From: Malacoraja senta
Taxonomy: Eukaryota
Assembly (NCBI GenBank): GCA_038087875.1
Contig: JAXLNO010000620.1
Span: 186,001 to 250,000, forward strand
Direction: 5' to 3'
DNA length: 64,000 nucleotides
Of this stretch, positions 47,352-59,794 are shown in pieces (positions within the stretch are counted from its first letter, which is position 1; every line of letters starts with the position of its first letter). A program made the translations under genes and the position numbers. Below the pieces are notes generated by a model, which saw only the letters and a list, made by a program, of their open reading frames with translations, searched no databases and was not told the DNA's origin.

Positions 47352-50300
47352 ATGGCTGCGAAAGACATTGTCGAGAGTTGGACCGAGGAGGTAGTTTGTC
47401 CCATCTGCCTGGATTTCTTCACCGATCCGGTGTCATTGGAGTGTGGGCACAACTTCTGCCGCTCCTGTATCACACAGAGTTGGGACAGGGAGGGGAGAAA
47501 CTCCTGCCCGGAATGTAGAGAGGAGTTTACAGACCGCACCCTCAGGGTGAATCGGGCCTTGGCGAGACTGTCTGAGAAAGCTCGATCACTGAGCCTGAAT
47601 CAGACAGAGAAGGAAAATAAACTTCAGTGCGAGAAACATCAGGAAGAACTGAAGCTGTTTTGTGAAACCGATAGAAGAAGCTGTTGAAACCTACAAGGTA
47701 AAAGCAAACCGATATTGATCACATCATTGTGTCATGTTTTGTTTATTTTCTGACATTTTTCTTTTCTGATCTGAAACCCATCTCCAGGATCAGGTGAAAT
47801 CTTCCTTCGTATCTCTTACAAAAAAGAAATCAGAGATCGAGCAAATGGAGCAGCAACAGAAAGAGAAGATTTCTGTTGTTCTGGTGAGGTTTTCCAATTT
47901 TGATTTCCTGATCATGTGTAGTTTTCATCAATGTGATGCGTGTAACGTTAGGACACCTCTCTACAGCACAAGAGCTGAGGGTTGGAGCTATAGAGATAGA
48001 GACTGGGCGGGCAGGTACTGACTGTAGGTAGAGTGGATGTGGAAAGAATGTTTCCACTGGTGGAACTGGATGACCAGAGGTTATAGCCTCAGAATTAAAG
48101 GGCGCTCTTTTAGAAAGGAGGTGAAGAGAAACTTAGAAAAGCGGTCACGGTGGCGCAGCGATAGAGTTGCTGCCTTACAGCGAATGCAGCGCCGGAGACC
48201 CAGGTTGGATCCCAACTACAGGTGCTGTCTGTAAGGAGTTTGTACGTTCTCCCCGTGACCTTTTCTCCGAAATCTTCGGTTTCCTCCCACACTCCAAAGA
48301 CGTACAGGTTTGTAGGTTAATTGGCTTGGTAAATGTAAAAATTGATAATGTGTGGAGATTACTGGTCCGCGCGGACCCGGTGGGCTGAAGGGCCTGTTTT
48401 TGCGTTGTATCTCTAAACTAAAAAAAACTAAACATATTTTGTCAGAGGGTAATTAATCTATGGAGCTCATTGGACATTTGGGCCAAATGGCTAATTTCTG
48501 TGCTCCATGCCACAAAGTTGATTGGCCGACTACCCCCTTGCATATCGTTAAGAAACACAATACAGTGACATTATACATTGATCTTCATCTTTCATTTCAC
48601 AGGAAGAGTCACACAACCTTCAGTCACAGATCACATCCCAGTTTGCTGAACTGCATCAGATTTTCATTGAGAAAGAGCGGCGTGTACTCGCAGATATCCG
48701 GGAAGAAGAGGAGAAAATTCGGAACAAAATGGAGAAAAGGCTTCAAGAGATTCAAGCAAATTTAAATTGCATCCAAAAGGAACTCTCAACGTTGCAGGAG
48801 CAGATAGATCAAACAGACAACAGGATATTTCTGAAGGTGAGGGGTTACACTACAGTTAGGCGAAGTGAAACTGCACAGTCACAACATGGTGGGTGACATT
48901 TCTGAAATTAATGCATCATTTACCAGTCATTCAGAGCTGGGTCAATGTTCCTTCTGTTCCAGCGATGTGCTGCTGTTATTCCCAAACTAAATGGCCTCCT
49001 GCATAAGTTATGGGATCTCGGAACAGGCTGCAAACTCCTTGAGAAAGAGTCGCTTTGATCTTGTCACTGAGTTCGTGAACGTGTAATATTTCCCCGAAAA
49101 GAAGGAAAATCTGCAGGAATCATAAGACCAATGGGGAAAGTCTTCTGTATGGTCAGCATTAGAGGAAAAGGAGTTTGTGGTGTTAGAACATCCCCGTGAA
49201 GGCAGTCTAATGATTTTAGCCTCGGATACACATTGGAATTTGTCCTCCTTAACAGCAATAATTGGACCTGTTCTATCCCTAGTTATCCTTTTGCTCTTAA
49301 AGGGGAATATTCTCCCCCGGTTATTCTTTTGCTGGTAATTTACTTGTAGAATCTTCTTGGGGGGGGTTGTCATAATTATCCGAGCCACATCGAGAGCATT
49401 TTGCCTAGCTTTCATAACCTTAACCATCAAATGATGTTACAGCATTGGAGGCAACACAAAATGGAATCACCGGGATAATTGCAGGATGAGGGGCTTGTCT
49501 CATCAGCAGGGTTTATCGAGGTTGGATCGATATTCCTTGCAGTTTAAAAGAATGAAGTCGTTTTACCATTGTCCCCAAGGTCCACGACTGGATGGAGAGC
49601 AGTGAATCTCTGGAATTCTCCAACCCAGAGACTTTTGGGGATTGAAACTGTCAGCAGTATTTGAACCAGAAGGAGCGACATTGTTATTGCAAATTCCAGG
49701 AATTGAATATGAGGGGAATGGGGAAAAAAGGGGATCTATTCTGGGAAAGATTAGCCATGACCACATTATGGGGATTCACATTGAAATCTAGAACGTGGCG
49801 CACACATCATCATTTATCATCTGTCATCCATGAATTGAACATGTAGGGAATGGGGCAAACAGGGGGAAATCTCTTGTGCTTATCCTGTTTCCCCTTCAAT
49901 GTATCTCCAACATTGGCTTCGGCCACTTTTGTGCGATTGAGTTCCACGTTCCCTTTGCTGCTTGACTAATGGGATTTATTAAAGGCCATCCCATATTTCA
50001 TCTTTGAATTTCGGTCTCCCTAAAAGCAGCTGCTTCTTCTTGCGTATGGCGTGCACAGCCTTAGGTTGTAGGACAACTTGTTCTATTTGATCATATTTGA
50101 TTGTGCACGCCAGGTTGATTGCATTCATCGAAACACGTGAAGGTTGCAATCTCCCACCCCCCTAAAAGTAGCAATACTATTTGTCCCCCCACCCATTTAA
50201 ATCCACAGATAATCTTAAATCACCCCATCCCTTAATTCCCTGGCATCTTCTTCAGATAACACCCCACCATCTCCTCATTCTTGCCCGTAACTTGCACCCT

Positions 50301-53300
50301 CTCAATGATGGCATCATTTTCATGTACGTTCATTGTGTTTCCCCCCCGTGGGTCTTTGTCCCGTCGGAAATATCCTTTATATGTCTGTGTGGCTGCCGCA
50401 ATAAGAGTTGGTTAATAGGAATCTTGTGGTAATTTGCGTGCCATTTCTACTGTCGGGATGTAGATGTTCTGTCTCAGTTATTCAGATGTGTGTCTTATTT
50501 CTTTCAGGAGGCAGCTGGTCGGAAAAGGAGGTAGGACAGCTCTTGATTGAAACGCTGTATGTTTTTGTAGTACAGCTCCGAAATTGTGGAAGCTCAGATT
50601 CTAACCAGCTGTTAAATATTTGCAGGGTTCGTGATGAAGTTCGTACATTGTCAGTGACAGATGGTACCTTGCCGATTGAAAAGATTCATCACCACTTTGT
50701 GTTGAACACGCTGTGGAGAGAAACGTGTGCCATTCAGCGAGGTAAAACTTGTTCAGTTTCCACTCTTCTCATTGATTACACCTTTAAGTACCACAAATGC
50801 AAACATTACACAGTAATTGTACTCACCTCCACCTCTGGCATCTCGTTCTATCTCTCTACCATCCACTGTCTGAAAACATTGACCTTCAATGCCTTTTCCA
50901 ACTTTACCATCTCACTTTAAACTGATGCCCTCAATCTTTAGGCTTTTGAAAATTCTGTCTTCCATTCTTCAGCCCATTAGACCTGCTAATTAAGATCACA
51001 TTTCATCTCAGGTCACCTTCTTCACTCTCCATGACGCCACCAATATTAGTGTCCTCCACAAACCTACTAACATGCCACCCACATACTCATACAAAGCGTT
51101 CGTATAAATAACGACCAACAATGGAGATAGAGTCGAGCTCTATGGCACACCCTTTGCGAGAGCCTCCAGTCTGAAAAGCATTCCTCCACCAACCCCCTGT
51201 CTCCTGCCTTCAGGCCACGGTTATGCTCCATTGTGTAACTTCCTGGATTCGATCAGATCCAAACATCCAGACCACGTACCACGCAGACGGTTGAAGTTGT
51301 TTCTCCAACATAGCAGTAAATATCTGGAATTGTGTGATGTAATTGATGGTGTTGGGCCAGATTTTGGGTATAGGTGAAGGGAAAATAGTTGGATATTGGA
51401 AAGATCATTAAACTGAGGGTGATGGGGAAGTCACACTGAAGAGGAACTGGAGCCAGCTTCGTTCAGCCATTATCACATTGAACAGAGGATAGGCCTGAGA
51501 GGCGGAGCCTACTCCGCACCTATTTTCTTCCTGTCTCATGTTTTTTTCTACTTATACAAAGATAAACTTTGCACAGAGCGAATGTAGCAACGATTGACAA
51601 TACTTGGTTCCGTAACGATATTTGTTGTGCGGGTGACATTGAGTAGACTGCCTGTGTGCTCGAGAGTTCAATTGTATTTGAGGAGATCTCTGGGAAATAC
51701 AAAGTTCCTACACTGCTCAGTGGGCTGGATGCAGGGAGGATGTTTCCCCTGTTTGAGGGGTCTGGAGCCAGCGGAAACCATCTCAGAATGTGGGCTGGAC
51801 CATTTAGGACAGAGACAAGGAGACATTACTGCACGCAGAGACTGGGCAACCTTTGGAATGCCCTGCACCGGTGGCTGTGGAGACTCAGTCATTCAGTGCT
51901 CTTGGAGCCAGAGAGCCATGGTTGTACATTACATAGTCAGGCCCTTCGACCCATCACGTCTATGACCACCTTTATTCCCAGCCATTCTAATCCCATTTGC
52001 CCACATTAGAAACATATTATTCCACACCTCGTTTGCTAAATCGGAATGCCTCTTAAATGTAGTGATTACATCTGATGTGACCACCTCTTTAGGCAAAATA
52101 TTCCAAGTATTAACAACTCCGTGTGTGAAGGAAACTTACCACTCAGATCCACTTTATAACTCCATCCTCTCGTGTTAAACCCGCGCCCTCCAGTTTTGAT
52201 ATCGCTGTACGATGATAAGGTTTGGATGATCTAGCCTATATCCCGCTGCAGACTTTGACAGACTTCCTTGCTATCCCCAACATTACTCGTTCTCCACAAA
52301 CGTAGTAGTCACCCCTCCTACATTCACATCCAAGCCATGAAAATATAAAATAAACAGCAAAGGTTGCAGCACTGATCGTCTTGGATCCCACCTGCCTTCT
52401 CTACATCCTCTTTAACCACCTCTAATCACCACTCACCTCCGTCTCCTCATCTTCCAATCTCCCTCTCCCTCGCCATCTACTGGCAAGATATTTGAATACC
52501 CGCCTTATTTCTCCATCCCCACCCGTAATCTCTCGTTCATCCTCACTTTTCACATTCGTTTCTCGTCTCGTCCGCTCCCGTTCCCGATAACCCGCGGAAT
52601 TTACCCTCTCCTGCCAGGTTGCGAAATCCGAGAAAGATGTGTGTTGTTCACCCGATGTGGTTGGGGTGAAATCCCGGGCCAGGTTTCAGTTGTCCGCCCG
52701 CCTGTGCCTGAGGCCGAGCGGCTTCTCCCCAGGTCCCGGGGCCGCTGTTGCCCGAGTCTCCCCCACACCGACCCCCGGGGACTGACTCTGTGATTCTCTG
52801 CTCCTCCCCCCAGTCTCCGTCACCCTGGATGTGGAAACAGCGCATGCGCGGCTCGAGGTGTCTGAGGATCGGAAGAGGGTGAGAGTGACCAGGACCTGGA
52901 GGAGTCTCCCTGACACCGGGAAGAGGTTTACAGACAGTGCGTGTGTGCTGGGATCGGAGGGATTCACATCGGGGAGACATTACTGGGAGGTGGAGGTGGC
53001 GGGGAGTCGGTGGTGGTGTCTGGGAGTCGCCGCAGAGACTGTGGAGAGATAGAGACGGGTCACACTCACCCCGGAGACTGGAGTCTGGAGCATCGTCCGG
53101 CGGGATGACAGGTTTGTTGCATTCACCTCCCCTCAATCCCCTCTCCCCGCCCGTCCCATCCCCGGGAGGGTGGGAGTTTATCTCAGTTATGAGTCCGGGA
53201 CAGTTTCATTTTACGACGCGGACACCAAGTCCCATCTCCACACCTTCACTGGGAATAAATTCACGGAGAAACGTTATCCTTTCTTCGGGCCTTGGGATGA

Positions 53301-53346
53301 AAACCAGCGGCTGAGAATCTGCTCCGGTTCCGCTCCGGGTGTGTAA
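47352..53346 (+). pseudogene. TRIM (RING - B-box - coiled-coil - PRY/SPRY; TRIM39/TRIM27-like class) pseudogene, 6 coding exons
   Basis: Exons 47352-47697 (RING CPIC...CGHNFCRSC...CPEC), 47788-47883 (96 nt), 48603-48836 (234 nt), 50508-50530 (23 nt), 50626-50741 (116 nt), 52814-53346 (PRY-SPRY), all GT-AG and phase compatible. Lesions: B-box deletion/frameshift (TGA 47685-47687) and in-frame TAG at 53050-53052. AATAAA at 53493. Confidence 0.92.
48140..48432 (+). mobile_element. HE1-like tRNA-derived SINE (TRIM intron 2)
   Basis: GCGGTCACGGTGGCGCAGCG...GTTGCTGCCTTACAGC...GAAGGGCCTGTT...TATCTCTAAACTAAA. Confidence 0.82.
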
Positions 53347-54232
53347 AAGGGTCGGGTCCCGGGACCGGCGTCAGGAGCGGGGCTCAGGGGTAGTGGGGCA
53401 GAAACCCGGTGGACAACAGGTCGGCGCTGAACGAACGGCTCCCATTTAATCCCCAAATTCCGCGTCGTGAAACAAATCCCAGTGAGAGTGGAAATAAAAC
53501 CAGGGGGGATTTAAATGTGGGAAGAGTGAAATAAACAGGACCTGAAATCAGAGCTGTCTGTCGATCCGTTCATTTTAACCCGTTAACCGCGTCCGGCAAC
53601 GGAACAGAAATTACTTTTGTGAAAATATAAAGATTGAAACAATCTCCCTTCCCGCGGGTTCAGCAGCAGCCGCGGGCGGCGGGTCCTGAGCTCCGGGATC
53701 CCCCGGGTCCTAAAGTCCGCAGACTGATATTAATATATAGCCTGTTTGCAGCATTTACTCTCCACACAACAGATTCGTTTATTTCGGAACGGATCTTTGG
53801 AAGAATAGGTTCAAACCGAATTTCCCGTTCCAGGTGGGAGCCCGTTGTTCTCAGGCTCTGCCTGTCTCTCTGTAGGATGCGTAGATCATTCCTTGTTTCT
53901 GTCGCAGACCCCTCCCTCACCTCTCTCTCAGGTACATCATGTCTGTATCGGTGCTGCTTCCTGTTCTCGTTCACCGCTTTAACGCTTCATCTCCCTCACT
54001 GCAAGTTTCCAACCAGCTCCCACTTTCCTCTGCTCGAGCCCCGACTCTTCCCTTCGCTTTCCCGCCGTCTCTGTCTCCGTTTCACAGAAAACGCGAGTGA
54101 CCAAAGTCCATTTCAAGCCCGCGGACGCCATCGGCTACTTCGTCCATCCACTACCCCTGTTTGCGCATCGGAAATGGATTATTCCCTCCAAGATCGAGTG
54201 CGTACAGCAACAACCCGCTTACATTTACACAA

Positions 54233-55646
54233 CAGTGACGTGCGGTGAGGCCAATGGCTGGGGAGGCACTGGCTAGTATCAGTGGCCCGGTATTGATCAC
54301 CGCGTCTCCCCGAGGAGAGTGGTGGAGCCCTGGCTGGGAGGGAGGGATAGAGAAGAGAAGGGAGGGAGAGAGAGAGAAGGGAGGGAGAGAGAGGGGGGAG
54401 GTAGAGAGAGAGAAGGGGGTGGGAGAGAGAGAGAAGGGGGAGGAGGTAGAGAGAGAGAGAAGTGGGAGAGTAGGGAGGGCGAGGAGAGAGAATGGGGAGA
54501 GAGAAGGGAGAGAGATAATGGGGGAGAGAGAGAGAATGGGGCGAGAGAGGGAGAATGGGGAGAGAGAGAATGTGGGAGAGAGAAAATGGGGCGAGAGAGA
54601 GATAGGGAGAGAGGAAGGATGGCACGTTATAACCCGCAGCCGTCTCATTCTCACCGCCGCCGAACCCCCCACCCCACCATTGCACCCTTCTTCACGGCGG
54701 CGCAGTGATGTCTCGGCTCTGACAAATCGAGGGATCCAACCGGTAACAACACTAAGAGCAGCCCCGGGCCGCCACGCTCCCCGACTCGAATCTGAGCTTG
54801 AAAAATCAGGTGGTGGGCCTGATGTGTCCCGCGGGCCATATTTTGGAGACTCCTGCCTTACATGAACTAAACAAAAATGTACAGAAGTACAAAAATTGAT
54901 GACTTTATTATTCTGATAAGTATAGATCTATTTTTCAAAAAAATCAAATAACTTTCTATTGTACCGACAAAGTCTACCTTCCCAATGACCGTTTTTTTCG
55001 CCGAGTGCCGTATCTTGCTCCGCTCCATGATCTTTGGCCTGTGCCGCCGCTGCTGAAGCTAGCTAACGTGGAGGGAGAGTGAGGTAGCGTCAATTACGTG
55101 GGCTGAGCCTACGTAATTGATGCTCGCTCTCCCTCCACTGGGCTCAAGACACGTCCCCTTGTGAGGCGGATGTGATCGCTGCCTCCCCTGGAGCTTTTTC
55201 TATGCAGCTTTATGTGAGACCAGCGAGTACAAATTTGATATCTTTATATGTGAAATACCTTACCTGGACTATGGAAGGTAAGGACATGTAATGAAGGGGT
55301 TTACACACATTACTTTGGTGACATACATAGAGATAGTAACAGACACACGCTTATTGCCCGCACTCCATGCAGTTTCTAAGGGGTTGCGCAATCGGAGGGG
55401 AGGCTCAGCTCGTCGATGCCTCACCTCTCATCTCTCCATGTATTTGGAGCAGAGCTGCGCAAATTTTGCGATTTTTACTATAAAAAATGATTAGATTCAT
55501 ATAGAAATTACATTTATAACACAGATCAGTGGAAAAATCTTTATATTTTTTTAATTTTATTATTATTTTTCTTTACTTTTCTTAACAGCTATTTTCATTG
55601 GGAGTATGACAGGTGAGGCTCTGCCTCCTCTGACCGCACGTCCCTG
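54233..55646. mobile_element. Probable non-autonomous DNA transposon (hAT-like) with GA-rich tract and internal hairpin
   Basis: Imperfect terminal inverted repeats CAGTGACGTGCGGT / ACCGCACGTCCCTG. No clear TSD. Confidence 0.5.
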
Positions 55647-56284
55647 CCGTTCACAGACATGGGTCCTGGCCCCTATGCTGAACAAGCTTGCCGACCCCTG
55701 CCCTAGTGGGAGAGATTAGTTTAGTTTAGCTGAGATTCCCCCGCCCCCATGCGGGAGCTTGACCGCCCCGACGCTGGGTGCCTGACCACCAGCAGTGGGA
55801 GTAAGATCGTCCGGTCAACGGAGGGCTCGAGGCCCCCGAATGTGGGAGAACAAAGAAGGGAAGAGATTTAACTTTTTTTCGCCTTCTTCATGTTAATTGT
55901 CCCTGGCGTGTGTAGGATAGTGTTAATGTGCGGTGATCGTAGGAGAGCACAGACTCGATGGGCCGAAGGGCCTGTTTCCACGCTGTATCTCTAAACTAAA
56001 CTAGTTCGCGAACAGGTGATCGCCGGTCAGCGCGGACTCGATGGGCCGAAGGGCCTGTTACCGTGCTGTATCTCGATAAGATTATCTCCGTACCTTTCAT
56101 AGACGGCCTTCCGCTGTGGCCGCTTGGACAGCTGAGGAATGAAGAGACACTGGTCAGCGGCGGTGAGAATGGGGAGCTCGTCGTGACGGCGGACGCAACA
56201 AACACGAGACTGGCCAGCTTTGGAACCGTCTCTCATACTGCCAGAAGTGATAGGAGCAGAATTAGGCCATTCGGCCCATCAATC

Positions 56285-56692
56285 GGAGATGGAGAGGGGA
56301 TCTTATAGAAACTTACAAAATTCTTAAGGGGTTGGACAGGATAGATGCAGGAAGATTGCTCCCGATGTTGGGGAAGTCCAGGACAAGGGGTCACAGCTTA
56401 AGGATAAGGGGGAAATCCTTTAAAACCGAGATGAGAAGAACTTTTTTCACACAGAGAGTGGTGAATCTCTGGAACTCTCTGCCACAGAGGGTAGTCGAGG
56501 CCAGTTCATTGGCTATATTTAAGAGGGAGTTAGATGTGGCCCTTGTGGATAAAGGGATCAGAGGGTATTGAGAGAAGGCAGGTACGGGATACTCAGTTGG
56601 ATGATCAGCCATGATCATATTAAATGGCGGTGCAGGCTCGAAGGGCCGAATGGCCTACTCCTGCACCTAATTTCTATGTTTCTATGTTTCTA
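56285..56692 (+). mobile_element. CR1 3' fragment (in NELFE intron)
   Basis: Near-identical to the 3' end of the CR1 at 2538-4036; (CTATGTTT)n tail. Confidence 0.88.
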
Positions 56693-57572
56693 CATCCACT
56701 CTGCCATTCAATCATGGCTGATCTGTCTCTCCCTCCTAACCCCATTCTCCTGCCTTCTCCCCATATCCTCTGACACCCGCACTAATCAAGAGTCTATCAA
56801 TCTCTGCCTTAAAAACATCCACTGACTTGGCTTGGACAGCCTTCCATGGCAATGAATTCCACAGATTCACCACCCTCTGACCAAAGAAATTCCTGCTTGA
56901 GTCCAGCATCAGAGAGCAGAATGTGGTTAACAGCAGTTCTCTGTCTCCCTCTACCAACCTATCCCACCCCCCCCCCCCCAGTCTGTAACTCCGCACGCAG
57001 CCCCCTCCCTCCCACCCCCGGAACCGACCTCTTGGGAGTCGTCATCTGCAGAAACACTCCGTTGAAACGGCTGGAATGACGGGATCTGCCCCTTCTCCGG
57101 GTCCTGTGGGAGGGGGAGGGGGATGGGGGGGGGATAAACAGAGAGATCGTCACCAAACCACAACTCTCATCAACTCCTGCAGATGCACAGTTCTGGGCAC
57201 CGTGTTATAGGAGATATAGGGAGGTGAAGGGAGGAGGGGAAGGGGTGGAGGGAAAGGGTGGAGTGTGGAGAGGGGGGGGGAAGGAGGGGGAGGGTGGAGG
57301 AGGGGGAGGCAGAGGGGGAGCATGTGGGTTGTAAAGCCACCACCACTACCACACGCACTCTCTTTACCTTGAGCTTCCCCTCCAGGGTGCGTGAGCGCTT
57401 GAAGCCGGAGTTCTTGTTCTCGGCTTTGATGGCACTGATGGCTCCCGTCTTCACCAGCATCTTGGCCTCCACTGTGGCCGTGGCGGTGGCAATCAGCGGC
57501 TGGTCGGACAGCGCTGGGCGGTGGGGGGAGTTGGGCTGAAGGGCCTGTTTCCACACTGTATCACTCTATGAC

Positions 57573-58075
57573 AGGCAGCATCTGTGGAGAAAATGGTTAG
57601 GTGACGTTTCACAGAGGGCTGCAGTAACTCAGCGGGACAGGCAGCATCTCTGGAGAGAAGGAATAGGCGACATTTCGGGTCAAGACCCTTCTTCAGACTG
57701 ATGTCGGGGGAGGGGGCGGGACAGATGGAATGTAGTCGGAGACAGTAAGACTAGTGGGAGAACTGGGAAGGGGGAGAACATGGAGAGAGAGGGAAAGCAA
57801 GGGCTATCTGAAGTTAGAGAAGTCAATGTTCATACCGCTGGGGTGTAAATTACCCAAGTGAAATATGAGGTGCTGCTCCTCCAATTTGCGCTGGGCCTCA
57901 CTCTGGCAATGGAGGAGGCCCAGGACAGAAAGGTCAGGATTGGGAATGGGAGGGGGAGTTGAAGTGCTGAGCCACCGGGAGATCAGGTAGGTTAAGGCGG
58001 ACTGAGCGGAGGTTTTGAGCGAAGCGTTCGCCAAACCTGCGCTTCGTAGACGGACTGAGCGGAGGTGTTGGGCGT
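57573..58075 (-). mobile_element. Penelope-like retroelement 3' fragment (GIY-YIG C-terminal part plus pLTR with hammerhead core)
   Basis: KRRFGERFAQNLRSVR ... LSVLGLLHCQSEAQRKLEEQHLIFHLGNLHPSGMNIDFSNFR*, then downstream CTGAAGAAGGGTCTTGACCCGAAATGTC (~57669-57696). Confidence 0.8.
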
Positions 58076-59111
58076 AATTCAGCGAGGAGGAGGTCACTGC
58101 GAGGTCACCGACAGCGTTTGATGCCTCCCTGGCTGCTCTGAGCTCCTGAATTCTGCTTCTTCAAGGTCAGCAGCGCTTTCTTCTGCAAACGGAACATTCC
58201 TGGTCAGGTACCGGGAGCCACAACGACCCCCTCTCTCACCCCCTCTCCCCTCTCCCCCTCTCTCACCCCCCTCCCTCTCTCTCACCCCCCCCCTCAAATG
58301 TCACGGACATTCACCCCACAGACTTCCACCCTCGCCCCCAACCCCCCATCCAACTCCTTTCCCCTCGTCGTCCCCATCACCTCCCTCCCTCCCATCCACC
58401 TGCCTCTCCCTTTCCTCCATCGCCTCTCCCTCCATCCACCTCCCTCACCCTCTCCCACTATCCTCCCTCCCCTCCCCCTCTTCTTCCATCACTGGCCTCT
58501 CCTCCCCCTTCACCCCCCAATACCTCTCCTCCCAACCCCCCCATCTATCTCCTCGCCCTTCCATCACTACTCCCCCACCCTCCTTTCTAACCTCCCCGCT
58601 CCCCCCCACTGTCACCTGTTTCCTCAGCGAGCTGTACTTTCTCCTCTCTCTCTGTCTGTGTCCACCCACCCTCCTCCCAAATCCCCCTCTCCCCCCGCCC
58701 TCCTCCTCTCTCCCCCCACTCCCTCCCTCTCTCTCCTCCCACTACCTCCACTCCCCGTCTCTCCCCTCCTTCTCTCCCCCACCCTCTTCCAATCTATCTC
58801 CTCTCTCCCCCAGTCTTCCACTCTCCTCCACCCTCTCTCCGCCACCCCACCTTCTTCCTCAGCTTGCTGTACTTTCCGCGCTCTCCTCCACCCTCTCTAT
58901 CTCCCACCCTACCCTCTCCGTCTCTCTCTTCTCCCACGCTCCTCCCTTCTCTCTCCCCGTGTCTCCCCCCACCTTCTTCCTCAACTCTGTGAACGTCACC
59001 CAACCATGTTCTCCACAGGTGCTGCCTGACCCGCTGAGTTACTCCAGCACTCGGTGGGCCGAAGGGCCTTTTACCACGCTGTATCTTCAAACTTTAAACA
59101 CAAATAGTGAA

Positions 59112-59311
59112 NNNNNNNNNNNNNNNNNNNNNNNNNNNNNNNNNNNNNNNNNNNNNNNNNNNNNNNNNNNNNNNNNNNNNNNNNNNNNNNNNNNNNNNNN
59201 NNNNNNNNNNNNNNNNNNNNNNNNNNNNNNNNNNNNNNNNNNNNNNNNNNNNNNNNNNNNNNNNNNNNNNNNNNNNNNNNNNNNNNNNNNNNNNNNNNNN
59301 NNNNNNNNNNN
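59112..59311. other. Assembly gap (200 N)
   Basis: Run of N. Confidence 1.
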
Positions 59312-59470
59312 CATCTTTGTTAGGGGCACTAATGTCCCGGAACCCCAGGGGGAGGGCGGCCATCTTTGTTAGGGGCACTAATGACCCGGTACCCCAGGGG
59401 GAGAGGGGCATTCTTTGTTAGGGGCACTAATCTCCCGGTACCCCAGGGGGAGAGCGGCCATCTTTGTTAA
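59312..59470. repeat. ~49-bp minisatellite abutting the gap
   Basis: CATCTTTGTTAGGGGCACTAAT...CCCAGGGGGAG at 59312, 59361 and 59409, partial at 59459. Confidence 0.9.
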
Positions 59471-59794
59471 GGACAAAGGACAAAGGACATTTATTGCCAC
59501 ATACACCAAATGGTGTAGTGAAATTTGTCTTGCCATGCAGCACAAATTAGACACAACCCCCCCCCCCCCCCTACACTGGCCACCAATATTGAAATTGGTG
59601 GAGAGGTGGAATATGGCGTTGGGAAACCAGCCATCCCGTGTAATATAGTAATATAGATAAATGTGAGGTTATCTACTTTGGTGGCAAAAACAAGGGGGCA
59701 GATTATTATCTCAATGGGGTTAGGTTAGGTAAGGGGGGGGGGTACAGCGAGACCTGGGCGTCCTTGTACATCGGTCACTGAAAGTTGGCGTCCA

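Larger units (their letters stand above)
56094..58182 (-). pseudogene. NELFE: Negative elongation factor E, partial (4 internal N-terminal coding exons; RD-repeat and RRM exons not found)
   Basis: Exons 58182-58113 (KKALLTLKKQNSGAQSSQGGIKR), 57513-57368 (SLSDQPLIATATATVEAKMLVKTGAISAIKAENKNSGFKRSRTLEGKLK), 57103-57029 (DPEKGQIPSFQPFQRSVSADDDSQE) and 56131-56094 (LSKRPQRKAVYE). All GT-AG and in frame; recognised from memory as the NELF-E N-terminus. Confidence 0.9.

Noticed and set aside
53560..54240. CpG-rich segment and 204-aa ORF as a separate gene or promoter
   Set aside because: No recognisable domain or consistent exon chain; a promoter cannot be supported from sequence alone.
54151..54865. 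Long Glu/Arg/Gly- or Leu/Ser/Pro-rich ORFs as the missing NELFE RD exon
   Set aside because: GA-rich low-complexity tract on the wrong strand for NELFE, with no RD dipeptide run.
58298..59029. 243-aa Pro/Leu/Ser-rich ORF
   Set aside because: Open only because the polypyrimidine tract lacks stop codons.
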